A stretch of 63,183 nt of DNA, the filler included, from Aduncisulcus paluster (taxonomy: Eukaryota): the NCBI GenBank assembly GCA_024181965.1. It is 5 parts of 5 records of this genome, joined end to end, with 100 filler letters (N's around TTAATTAATTAA, not from the genome) between each part and the next. Parts side by side here need not be neighbours in the genome. Positions count along the whole stretch, not along the records: positions 1 to 26,269 come from BQXS01012699.1; 4 more parts are not named here. The stretch is one strand, 5' to 3'. Shown one piece after another: positions 11,419 to 20,656 of the stretch. The number at the start of each line of letters is the position of its first letter. The stretch's first letter is position 1. A program made the position numbers and the translations under genes. The notes below the pieces were generated by a model. The model was given only the letters and a program-made list of their open reading frames with translations, made no database searches and was not told the DNA's origin.

Positions 11419-13655
11419 TCATTCTCCAATCATTGAAGCTCCAATGTTAGGGAGCAGTTTTTTGATTTTTTGTACTTCATTATGAGCTTGGGAAATAGTC
11501 ATCCGTTCTTTTGGAGAACTTTTGGTGAGACCTAAAAATACGTAATTTAGACATTTATAAATAATGTTATAATCTTCTCTCCCTTTATCAATGGTTTTCA
11601 AAGATTCGAAAAGCTGGCAGTCAGAAAGCTTTGGGGTAATATTTCGTTCGACCAAACCTTTTAATGAAACCACGATATCAGCAATGGAATGGAGACCATT
11701 AAAATAATTCAGAGAGGAAAATGGCTCCATACAGGCAAATAAGGCTATCATTGACATCCTAAGGGAATAATTGTCACTTTTTTTGGTTGCTTTTTCGCCG
11801 GAGAGTCTTTCAAATGAAGAATATACCAGAGTTCCACAAATAGATGGACGAGCGGATTTTTTCTTTGTTTCTTTTCCTAGAAACCTTGACTGGCATAAAG
11901 GCGTTGCAATATGATCCTGAATTTTATCCAATCCATAATCAGAAAGCACGATTGAGCATTTTTCTCCCTCATCTTTTTTCTCAATACGAACAAGGAAATT
12001 ATTTGGTTTTATGTTCCCATGAATAAAAGGATATTTCTTTGTGGTTGTAACAAGANNNNNNNNNNNNNNNNNNNNGTGTCACTTTTTGTGGTTGCTTTTT
12101 CGCCGGAGAGTCTTTCAAATGAAGAATATACCAGAGTTCCACAAATAGATGGACGAGCGGATTTTTTCTTTGTTTCTTTTCCTAGAAACCTTGACTGGCA
12201 TAAAGGCGTTGCAATATGATCCTGAATTTTATCCAATCCATAATCAGAAAGCACGATTGAGCATTTTTCTCCCTCATCTTTTTTCTCAATACGAACAAGG
12301 AAATTATTTGGTTTTATGTTCCCATGAATAAAAGGATATTTCTTTGTGGTTGTAACAAGAAGATACAGACATTCAATCATTCCAACACAGAGAGCACTCA
12401 TTTTCACAGGATTCAGTGATCTAGCTTCATCTGGAACATGAAGTTTACCTGGGATAGGATCAGGGAGTTTATATACACCATCTTTACACCAAGTGCTGGC
12501 AAATTGTTTAACATTACCGCCGGCACAGTATTCTGAGATATGCCCGTAGGTTCCTTTAAGTTCTGAATCCAAGAGGTTGAGAATATAACGAGGTTGGGGA
12601 ATATATTCAAATGCCAAACGTTTTAGTTGCTCAAACAATTCGTTACACTCCTTCACAAGGGATTGCCTCTCGTCCTTTTTCAAAATCCAGAGAATGTCAT
12701 CTAATTTTGAATCTTTTAAAATTTTCTTCAGAACACAATATTTTCCATCAATATTGACAAGGTAAACATCGTCAAATCCGCCTCTTCCAATGATATTGTT
12801 GGGAGGAAATTTGATAGATTTCGAAGAAATTAGAGTATAAGAGTTGGGCTGTTGTTGAGATTGTAAGAGTGAAGTGGATTTTTCCTTCAAGAAGGATTCA
12901 CAATTTGGGATTAAAGTCTTTTTAAACCATTTGAACAGAGTGGGAACCTGTGATTTTAGCTTTTTAATGCCGTTTTCTTCTCCATATTTCCCCAATATTT
13001 CTGAAACACATACAATAAGTTCGATACTGTGATGTTCTCTTGGATAATTCTCAAAAACTCCGGAAATTGTCGGATCAACTTCTTCTTCTCCTCTAGAATA
13101 AATTGTTCTTGCCTCTTCTAATGCTTTAGTATATAATGTTGGGGGTTTAGAACCAAGGGGAAATGGCAAAGAATTGTTCTGAAAAATCTGATACATCGCT
13201 GCATGTGTAAGTTCATGGGCAATTGCCCCACGAATCTCGGAGTGATCCCGTTTTCCAGCAATATAGACACTATTTTCTTTATAACGGTAACTTCCGACAC
13301 TCTCTTCAACATCAGTGACAGAAATAAGTCCAACATCACTACTATGAAAATCGAAAAAAATGTTCAAATTTCCAACAGCTTTGAGCACTTTAAATATGAT
13401 TTGTAGATGTGGAATCTTACACAAATCAGTATACATTTTTTCTATATTATCTCGATAGCTTTCACAATCTTGCACAACATATGTATTGGAGAGCATAAAT
13501 TGGATTGACGATGTAGATCTCTCCAGCATAGCCGTGTTCATGGCATTTACAACAAAATGCTTCGGAATTTGCCAAAATAATGAACATTTGAATTGACCTG
13601 TTATATCTTCGAAACCAAGGTGTAAAAAGAAAGGAGACTTAGCATTCAGATTTAC
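11419..13655 (-). CDS. HExxH zinc-peptidase-like domain fused to a predicted pseudokinase (last part of the putative polyprotein)
   Basis: GAIAHELTHAAMY at 13203-13217 with a downstream ELIV. The kinase has IIGRGGF, VLKK, IHGNIKPNN (HRD replaced by HGN) and DYG. ORFs 12009-13541 and 11419-11949 join once the overlap duplicated across the 12056-12075 gap is removed. The frame is open upstream to 13655. Confidence 0.8.
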
Positions 13656-15031
13656 CTAGAATGAGATCTTTATCCTTTTTAGAAGCTTTCTCGTCACTAT
13701 GTGTTTTTTTCGATAGAATAACTCGATATTCATCAGATATTACTTCTGGACTTTCAACTTTAACTTCAGGACTTTCTCCAGGAGTTCTATGGACCATAGT
13801 ATGGTATTCAAAAGTGATCGGCTGAGGCGTTGGAGAATGGAACATACTCTTAGGGGCAATATCGGGTTGCTTTTCACTTTTTTCATATGTCACCGAGAAT
13901 GTAAGTCGATCCATTCCAACAATGCCAACGCTATTTCGTTTCAATGCCCATTTTTGAGAGCACAGTGCAACTCCAGAACCACAAATATCTACTTGTCTAA
14001 TGTGGAAGGAGTTAAATGTATGAATATGGACGAATGGGAGGAATAGAGACAAATGTTCTTCTTCTGTTAAAGGTTCTTCTTCTTCTTCTTCTTCTTCTTC
14101 TTCTTCTTCTTCTTCTTCTTCTGTAGCCTCCTTTAGCAAATCATCAAACATTTTCGATTGTTTAGGTTGAATTGAAGATGAAAATTGCGATTTTCTTTTT
14201 GAAACATGNNNNNNNNNNNNNNNNNNNNAACATACTCTTAGGGGCAATATCGGGTTGCTTTTCACTTTTTTCATATGTCACCGAGAATGTAAGTCGATCC
14301 ATTCCAACAATGCCAACGCTATTTCATTTCAATGCCCATTTTTGAGAGCACAGTGCAACTCCAGAACCACAAATATCTACTTGTCTAATGTGGAAGGAGT
14401 TAAATGTATGAATATGGACGAATGGGAGGAATAGAGACAAATGTTCTTCTTCTGTTAAAGGTTCTTCTTCTTCTTCTTCTTCTTCTTCTTCTTCTTCTTC
14501 TTCTTCTTCTGTAGCCTCCTTTAGCAAATCATCAAACATTTTCGATTGTTTAGGTTGAATTGAAGATGAAAATTGCGATTTTCTTTTTGAAACATGAAAA
14601 AAGGATTCAATTTTGGGAATTTCAGAAACACATTCCCATACAAAGTTAGTCCATGAAACATATTTAGTGTAAAATTCAGTAACACGGCTGGAGATGTCCT
14701 CTTTCAAAACTATTTTTGTCTTGGTGCTTTTAAATTGTTGTTTATAATATTTCTCGGCTGCACTCTTGAGACATCTTAACATTGCGAATTCAAATTTCGT
14801 CACATGAATTAAGAAATGTTCCTCTATTTCACTGGAGTTTGGAATCGATGAAAATAACTTTATACTTGATTGAGTTAATTCTTTGATCAAAGGCATCAAT
14901 GGATTTGTTTTAATATTTATAATTTCAGAATAGTCGTGGCGATATAATGATATCCACGTTTCCATTGAAATATGCGGCAAAATACCACAATACTGATAGT
15001 TTCCATTTTTTTTACTAAAATCTATAAACAA
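13639..15031 (-). CDS. Unknown domain with poly-Glu tract (middle part of the putative polyprotein)
   Basis: ORFs 14324-15031 and 13639-14274 are one frame once the 368-bp overlap at the 14209-14228 gap is collapsed. One copy has CGA (Arg) where the other has TGA. Confidence 0.55.
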
Positions 15032-16827
15032 TGTTTATTAAACATGGTAATGATTTTCATCACATCTTTCAAGTAATATTTTAAGTTTTTCCAGTAATAT
15101 TTTAAGTCTTTGCAGTTGTTGGCCAATTCAATAACCGAAGAAACCTTTGAATCGGAGTGTTCTGAACAATTTTGAACATATATTAAGGGTGGGCGATGGG
15201 CCAAAGTTTCATAGAGAGCATTTGTAAGTGGGGAAACAGAAACGAGAAAACGCTCTGGGTTTGATTTAATATGGGAACAATGACTCATTTTACGATATTC
15301 GATTTCTTCTTGTAAATATTCCTTTTCAGTGTCTTCATGGCTGGTCAACATTGTTTGTAATTCAGAATCCGATTTCTCCTGAATTTCTGAATCAATATGA
15401 AACTCGATTTTCTCTAAAATATTACAAAGTTCTTGAGATCCTCTATTTCTCATGGCAAAACACAAACGTTGTGCGCCATCTTCCTCCCACTCCTTAACAA
15501 AATCATTGTATTCTTCTTCTTTCTGGCCATAGCTTTTCCCACTCGGAACGCTCAATACCCTTCCACAAACGCATTGATAGAAAGACTCAAGAGAGTAACT
15601 TGATGAACCATGATGTGGTATAGTCATGAATGTACAATTTGCAGCATGGTATTTTGAAAATAAATTTTCACAAAGCATCGATTTTTCATCAAGGGTTTGA
15701 ATAAATTTTTCATAACAATTTTTATCAAAACGAAAATATTTCATATCGCCGGTGAAAAATGCTTTAAATGGTTGTTGTGGAGACGATATTGGAACAAAAG
15801 GAGATTTTGAATCAATCGATTCTTCAAAATCTGCTGTTTCCTCTAGAATTTTGTCAAGAGGACAAGACATTAGTATTCCAATAGAAAGAAAGTTAATATT
15901 GTCAGCTGACCCAAACCAGAAAAGAGGATCCACGGGAATAAACAAAGTAATATCGAATGGACATTTTTGGTCTCCATCAAAAAACGCAGGTCTTGTCATA
16001 ACTTTGTGCTCAAAGTCTTTGTGCGTTGTGGAGACGGGTTCATCAAAATTCAGATGTCTAAAGGGGTGAGGATTTTTTTCAGATGTTAATTTTTGAAAAA
16101 ATTCTTCTTGTTTAATCCGGTTATTTGTTCTTATTTCAGATATGATTTTTTTGATATCTTGTTTTAATTGTTGGTCAACTTCAGCATTAAGAATTTGATT
16201 CCCATTTTCACGATAATCATACTTTTGAATGTTCAATTTAAGGCAAAGTTGATCCTGCAGTTTTTGTTGTTCTTCTCTCTTTTTGTCACCCTGGGCCTTG
16301 TTGGGAGTTTCTCCAAGGTCATTAAGAAATTTTTCTAAACTAGTAGTATTCCAATAATTGAAATGATCCAGGTTCGGTCGTCTAAAAACAGATGATTCGT
16401 TAGCTTGCGAAATATTTGCAATCAATTCATCCACAAGAGAAACAAATTTGCCTTCAGCAACCGAATATATATTTTTGGTTACATAATAATGACAATGATC
16501 ATTATGTGGATGGGTCTCATAATATTCAAGGATATTGATTTCTCCATTGGGTAAGTGAGATTTGAGTAATTCAGTGATTTTTTGAGTTGTCTCATTATAT
16601 TTTTCTAATTTTTCCTTAAATTTCTCGCGAGATCCAAAAATTTCCTTGCCAATTTTCTCAATTGTTTCTTGATTGGATTGTGGGTTTTGTGAAAACACGA
16701 ATGCTAAGGAATTTTCATCCCTCCCAGCATCAATAATTGCAGCATATGAGTCACTCTTTATAATATAGAAATTGTAACGGCCATCTGTATCAATATTTAC
16801 AAAACTAATCTCAATAGTTAACTCATC
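15022..16827 (-). CDS. ComEC/Rec2-type metallo-beta-lactamase-fold hydrolase (probable nuclease) segment
   Basis: The frame is open upstream of the called ORF and reads ELTIEISFVNID...AAIIDAG, then ETHPHNDH, AFFTGD, TIPHHGSS and LSVPSGKSYG. This is the ordered motif set of ComEC-like MBL domains. There is no ATG before these motifs. Confidence 0.75.
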   Translation of the reverse strand, partial: DELTIEISFVNIDTDGRYNFYIIKSDSYAAIIDAGRDENSLAFVFSQNPQSNQETIEKIGKEIFGSREKFKEKLEKYNETTQKITELLKSHLPNGEINILEYYETHPHNDHCHYYVTKNIYSVAEGKFVSLVDELIANISQANESSVFRRPNLDHFNYWNTTSLEKFLNDLGETPNKAQGDKKREEQQKLQDQLCLKLNIQKYDYRENGNQILNAEVDQQLKQDIKKIISEIRTNNRIKQEEFFQKLTSEKNPHPFRHLNFDEPVSTTHKDFEHKVMTRPAFFDGDQKCPFDITLFIPVDPLFWFGSADNINFLSIGILMSCPLDKILEETADFEESIDSKSPFVPISSPQQPFKAFFTGDMKYFRFDKNCYEKFIQTLDEKSMLCENLFSKYHAANCTFMTIPHHGSSSYSLESFYQCVCGRVLSVPSGKSYGQKEEEYNDFVKEWEEDGAQRLCFAMRNRGSQELCNILEKIEFHIDSEIQEKSDSELQTMLTSHEDTEKEYLQEEIEYRKMSHCSHIKSNPERFLVSVSPLTNALYETLAHRPPLIYVQNCSEHSDSKVSSVIELANNCKDLKYYWKNLKYYLKDVMKIITMFNKHCL

Positions 16828-18965
16828 CTAATTGTTTTAGTTTGAATACTTTCATCCTTCATGACACGAGACACACTTGACAATGGCGGATCATCGGGCT
16901 TAACTTTCATTTCAGAAGGTGTTTGAATAGGTTTATCCACACCTTTGGGAGATTTTTTTATAACCCTAGTGCTCTTATTCTGGCCGGAAGGTCTCGTTAT
17001 TTTAATTTTTTTTGATGGTTTTTTTGATTTTTGAATGGAAACGGGATGACAGATAATAGGAGTTACATCAGAGATTAAAGACATACTTTCTTCAGAATTT
17101 TGTGGAGGGCTTGTAAGAAAATATTTCGACAATTTTTCGGACAGAATCCGTTTACCAGTAATAAAAATCGGAGAAAAATGACCAGAGTTTGAACCACAAA
17201 TAGAAGTGCTCTCTAGAAAAAGATATATCAAATTATTAGGGCCATATTTCTTATAATTAAAAGGATGAACATAGGATATATTAGCGAATGAGGACCGATC
17301 CTTTTGATAAGGAGTTTTGTGAAATACAACAATGGAACGACCTATTAGGTGAGAAATGGCATCAATTTCATCATTTCCAGCATGTCCATTTTTAAAGCGA
17401 TCAATGACATTTTTATATTTGCATGTCTCTTGATCACGAAAGCTTTTCAACAGCATGTATCGCAAAGCATGGATCTGTAATTCTTTGGCGCTCATAAAGC
17501 ATTTAATGCATGGGAGTAGATACAAAATAGAACTAAAAAAACATAAATTATCCTTGGAGGAAGCTGACACCGTTTTCACACCATCAAAAAGCCCATCAAA
17601 CCCACCACGACATAAATATCCAAGATTTAGAGTTCGGGAAACTAAGGAATTTACAGATTCGACTTTTGGTTTTTTTCCTATCTCCTTGGCATCATCAGCA
17701 AGTATTTTAACAGCTTTGGAAAAAGTTTTACGTTCAGAGGTCTTTGAGATTTTCTTATGAGTTAATTCTTCTAATTCTTGGAAAATCTTTTCTGAAGATT
17801 TTCTAATATTTTTGCAGAATTCATTTCCATTCCCGGCTTTTGGATTTGCGGTTGGATTATGTTTCTTTGGCTTCTCACTAATTTCTTTTGTTTCTTTTTG
17901 GGTTGGAGACAATTTCACCGATTCTTTTACAGCCTTCTCAAAACCCTCAGAAACCTCAGAAACTTCAACCTCACTCAATAAATCACCATGATCTTTAAGT
18001 AATACTTCTTCGATCTTTGGGGCAATCATAGGAGACGAAGCTTTGCCACCTGGATCAGTACAAAACATAGGAATCGAAGAACTTTGGCTGATAGTTATTA
18101 AAGACAATGGGATTGATTCAAAACATGTTCGTTTTCCAGGATTATAGTTATTAAGGGAATATTCAAGAAGTCTGCTTGAAAACTCAGAACTTTCTGCAAC
18201 AATTGGAGAGTAATGGGCTTTTGAAGAGGACTTGTCATCGGAAATGTCATGTTTCAAAAATAGAAAGAGGGGATTTGAATCCTTATATTTCTTGAAATTA
18301 ATATATCTTTTTAAGCCTTTCTTTGGACGTTTAGAAGTTGACTGGAGGATAAATACAACAATGGAACGACCTATTAGGTGAGAAATGGCATCAAGTTCGT
18401 CTCTCTTAGCATATCCATTTTTAAAGCGATCAATGACACCTCTAAATATATCTGTTTTCTTCTCTTTAGGTTTGGCGGGAACTTTCTTCGACGAGGGTTT
18501 GGAGTCGTTGTAACTTTTCAACAACACGTAACGGAACACATGGATCTGTAATTCTTTGGCGCTCATAAAGTATTTAATGTGTGGAAGTAGATACAAAATA
18601 GAATTAAAAAAACATAAATTATCCCTGGAGGAAGCTGACACCGTTTTCACACCATCAAAAAGTCCACCATAACCACGACATAAATCACCAAGATTTATAG
18701 TAGATTCCGAGGAAACTAATGCAGCAATCGAGGCCTTTGAGGGTGTATCGCCAATCTCCTTGGCACCAAAAAGAAATTTATAGCCATCGCGTGTGGGTTG
18801 AAAAAAGAATTTCATAGGTTCGCTTACAGACTTTCTCCTGTTAATTGTTTTGGAAATCTTTTTCAATTCATTTAGAATCAGGGCGGATTTAGACCTAATA
18901 TCGCGACAGAATCGCTTTCCTTCAGATTCATCAAGGACTTCACTAATCGTTATATCTTCGCGCAT
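16818..18965 (-). CDS. Protein with two tandem OTU-like cysteine protease (deubiquitinase-like) domains
   Basis: Internal duplication visible in protein and DNA. Each copy has DNLCFFxS (Cys codons at 18612-14 and 17541-43), ExDAISHLIGRSIVVF and HY/FSPI (His codons at 18213-15 and 17178-80), matching the OTU motif order. Confidence 0.7.
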   Translation of the reverse strand: MREDITISEVLDESEGKRFCRDIRSKSALILNELKKISKTINRRKSVSEPMKFFFQPTRDGYKFLFGAKEIGDTPSKASIAALVSSESTINLGDLCRGYGGLFDGVKTVSASSRDNLCFFNSILYLLPHIKYFMSAKELQIHVFRYVLLKSYNDSKPSSKKVPAKPKEKKTDIFRGVIDRFKNGYAKRDELDAISHLIGRSIVVFILQSTSKRPKKGLKRYINFKKYKDSNPLFLFLKHDISDDKSSSKAHYSPIVAESSEFSSRLLEYSLNNYNPGKRTCFESIPLSLITISQSSSIPMFCTDPGGKASSPMIAPKIEEVLLKDHGDLLSEVEVSEVSEGFEKAVKESVKLSPTQKETKEISEKPKKHNPTANPKAGNGNEFCKNIRKSSEKIFQELEELTHKKISKTSERKTFSKAVKILADDAKEIGKKPKVESVNSLVSRTLNLGYLCRGGFDGLFDGVKTVSASSKDNLCFFSSILYLLPCIKCFMSAKELQIHALRYMLLKSFRDQETCKYKNVIDRFKNGHAGNDEIDAISHLIGRSIVVFHKTPYQKDRSSFANISYVHPFNYKKYGPNNLIYLFLESTSICGSNSGHFSPIFITGKRILSEKLSKYFLTSPPQNSEESMSLISDVTPIICHPVSIQKSKKPSKKIKITRPSGQNKSTRVIKKSPKGVDKPIQTPSEMKVKPDDPPLSSVSRVMKDESIQTKTIRMS

Positions 18966-19189
18966 AAATGGATTTTAAATAATATTTTCTAGAGGAATCT
19001 ATTTGGAAAAATAGCCCAATATGTGAAAGTGGCAGGAAAAACAACATATGAGTTTTGAGATCGAAGCTGGCAGTATTTTGAGGATACAAATGTCAACACT
19101 GAAATTGCCATTATTGGTTGTTTATTTGGATGTTTCCACCCAAAATCATTTAATAGCATGTATATAACCGACATGAAAATCCAAAAATA

Positions 19190-19262
19190 CTCCGATGCCG
19201 GGACTCGAACCCGGGTCTCATGGGTGAAAACCATGCATTCTAACCAGCTATACCACATCGGA
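19190..19262 (-). tRNA. tRNA-Glu (TTC)
   Basis: Cloverleaf: TCCGATG/CATCGGA acceptor stem, CATGG-TTTTCAC-CCATG anticodon arm, CCGGG-TTCGAGT-CCCGG T arm. Confidence 0.95.
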
Positions 19263-19393
19263 TACAGGGTAAAAATAAAAATTTTATTATATAAAATGCC
19301 GAAGTTTGTAAAGTTAAAATTAAGTTTAAACCAAATATTCTTTACCTCTAAGTTCATCACATTTTCAATAAATCAAAAGAAAATCAATTTATT

Positions 19394-20164
19394 TTAATCA
19401 TCAGTATCATCCTCAACCTCACTTTCATCTTCATCGTCAACTTCATCAACAATGAGTGGAATCTCACCTTTAAGATATTGTTTTCGAATGTCATTTTCTA
19501 ATTTTTCAATTGCATATCGAAGCATGGTTCTCGGCATAACTCTACAATGTTTTCTCAAAAATACATGTAAAATATCCTCGTTTCTCTTGCCAACTTCACG
19601 TAACATCCATCCAGTAGCTTTGTGAATGAGATCTTCAGGATCTTCGAGTAACAATTCACACAACTCAATTGTCTCATCAAAATGATTCTTTCTAATAAAA
19701 AATAACGTCGATAATACTGATATTCGACGTTCCCATAAATCTTTCGATTGTGCCAAAGAAAATAATTTCGATTTATCAACTTGATCAAATAGATGCTTCC
19801 CAACAATATGTGGGGCTGAAGTGTCAACAAGATCCCAATTATTGATATATGAAGTATTTTCAAGATATAAATTGTATATTCTCTTTCTTTCTTCTTTAAT
19901 AGCAGCTTTTTTATACTGTTCAACAAGGATTATAAGGGAGCAATGACGAACTTCATGGATTGGATTATGAAGAAGGGATTCAAGATCAGTCAAGTCTATA
20001 TGTTTATATTTAGAAGCTATTTTACGTATTTGTGGCATTTTTAAACCAAGAAACTTATCGCCAGCACCATATTCTCCTTTTCCAGTTTTGAAATACTTTT
20101 GACTATGCAGAGCCCTTTCAGGATCAGCTAATGATTTAATATTATCTAGAATCTCTTTAATCAT
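19394..20164 (-). CDS. alkD: AlkD-family DNA alkylation repair protein (HEAT-like DNA glycosylase family)
   Basis: YFKTGKGEYGAGDKFLG, INNWDLVD, LWERR, DLIHKATGWMLREVGKR and MPRTMLRYAIEK are hallmark motifs of the bacterial family. An acidic tail is added at the C-terminus. Confidence 0.9.
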   Translation of the reverse strand: MIKEILDNIKSLADPERALHSQKYFKTGKGEYGAGDKFLGLKMPQIRKIASKYKHIDLTDLESLLHNPIHEVRHCSLIILVEQYKKAAIKEERKRIYNLYLENTSYINNWDLVDTSAPHIVGKHLFDQVDKSKLFSLAQSKDLWERRISVLSTLFFIRKNHFDETIELCELLLEDPEDLIHKATGWMLREVGKRNEDILHVFLRKHCRVMPRTMLRYAIEKLENDIRKQYLKGEIPLIVDEVDDEDESEVEDDTDD

Positions 20165-20352
20165 GGTAATTAATACATATAATAATATGGGAATGCAAGA
20201 GAAAAGGGGGTTAAATTTGCATTTTGGAAATGAAACGTCTAATCAGTAAGCGAGTGGCATATTTTTAAATTAATTCTCCAAAAGTTTAATATTTTGCTTA
20301 AATAAATTGACAATTGCAAAATCTAGATGAGAAAAATTAAATATCGACAAAA

Positions 20353-20426
20353 TAGAGGACCCGGGGATTGAACCCGGCACCTTCACGATGTTAGCGTGAC
20401 GTCATAACCATCTAGACCAGCCCTCC
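20353..20426 (-). tRNA. tRNA-Val (AAC)
   Basis: GGAGGGC/GTCCTCT acceptor stem, TCACG-CTAACAT-CGTGA anticodon arm, CCGGG-TTCAATC-CCCGG T arm. An AAC anticodon is eukaryote-typical (inosine 34). Confidence 0.95.
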
Positions 20427-20656
20427 GATATTAGAAATCGATTTTAGAGTTATATAATAAGAAGCTTTCAAATTTTTTGTTTTTTTAAGGTACTTGGTAT
20501 ATTTGGCTTTTTCAAAACCTTTGATATCTTCAAATTTATATTTTTCTCTCTTTCTTTATTTGAATTTGATGGAATATATACATTGTTTTATTTGTGATTA
20601 TTTTCACAATAGATCCGTTCTCGCAATAAAAACGACAATATTCAAACTCAAACTAC

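Noticed and set aside
14324..14326. In-frame TGA as selenocysteine or stop-codon reassignment
   Set aside because: The overlapping duplicate has CGA at this site, and TAA, TAG and TGA all end normal genes in this window. The other polyprotein breaks are frame changes, not read-through stops.
11419..18965. Endogenous virus or transposon origin of the polyprotein
   Set aside because: No polymerase, capsid, integrase or transposase motifs and no terminal repeats are visible, and the terminal kinase belongs to the host's own expanded family.
19394..20164. Bacterial contamination as the source of alkD, cupin and nitroreductase
   Set aside because: They are contiguous with eukaryote-type tRNAs and host-style genes, and are not in operons. 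Lateral transfer fits better, pending read-level confirmation.
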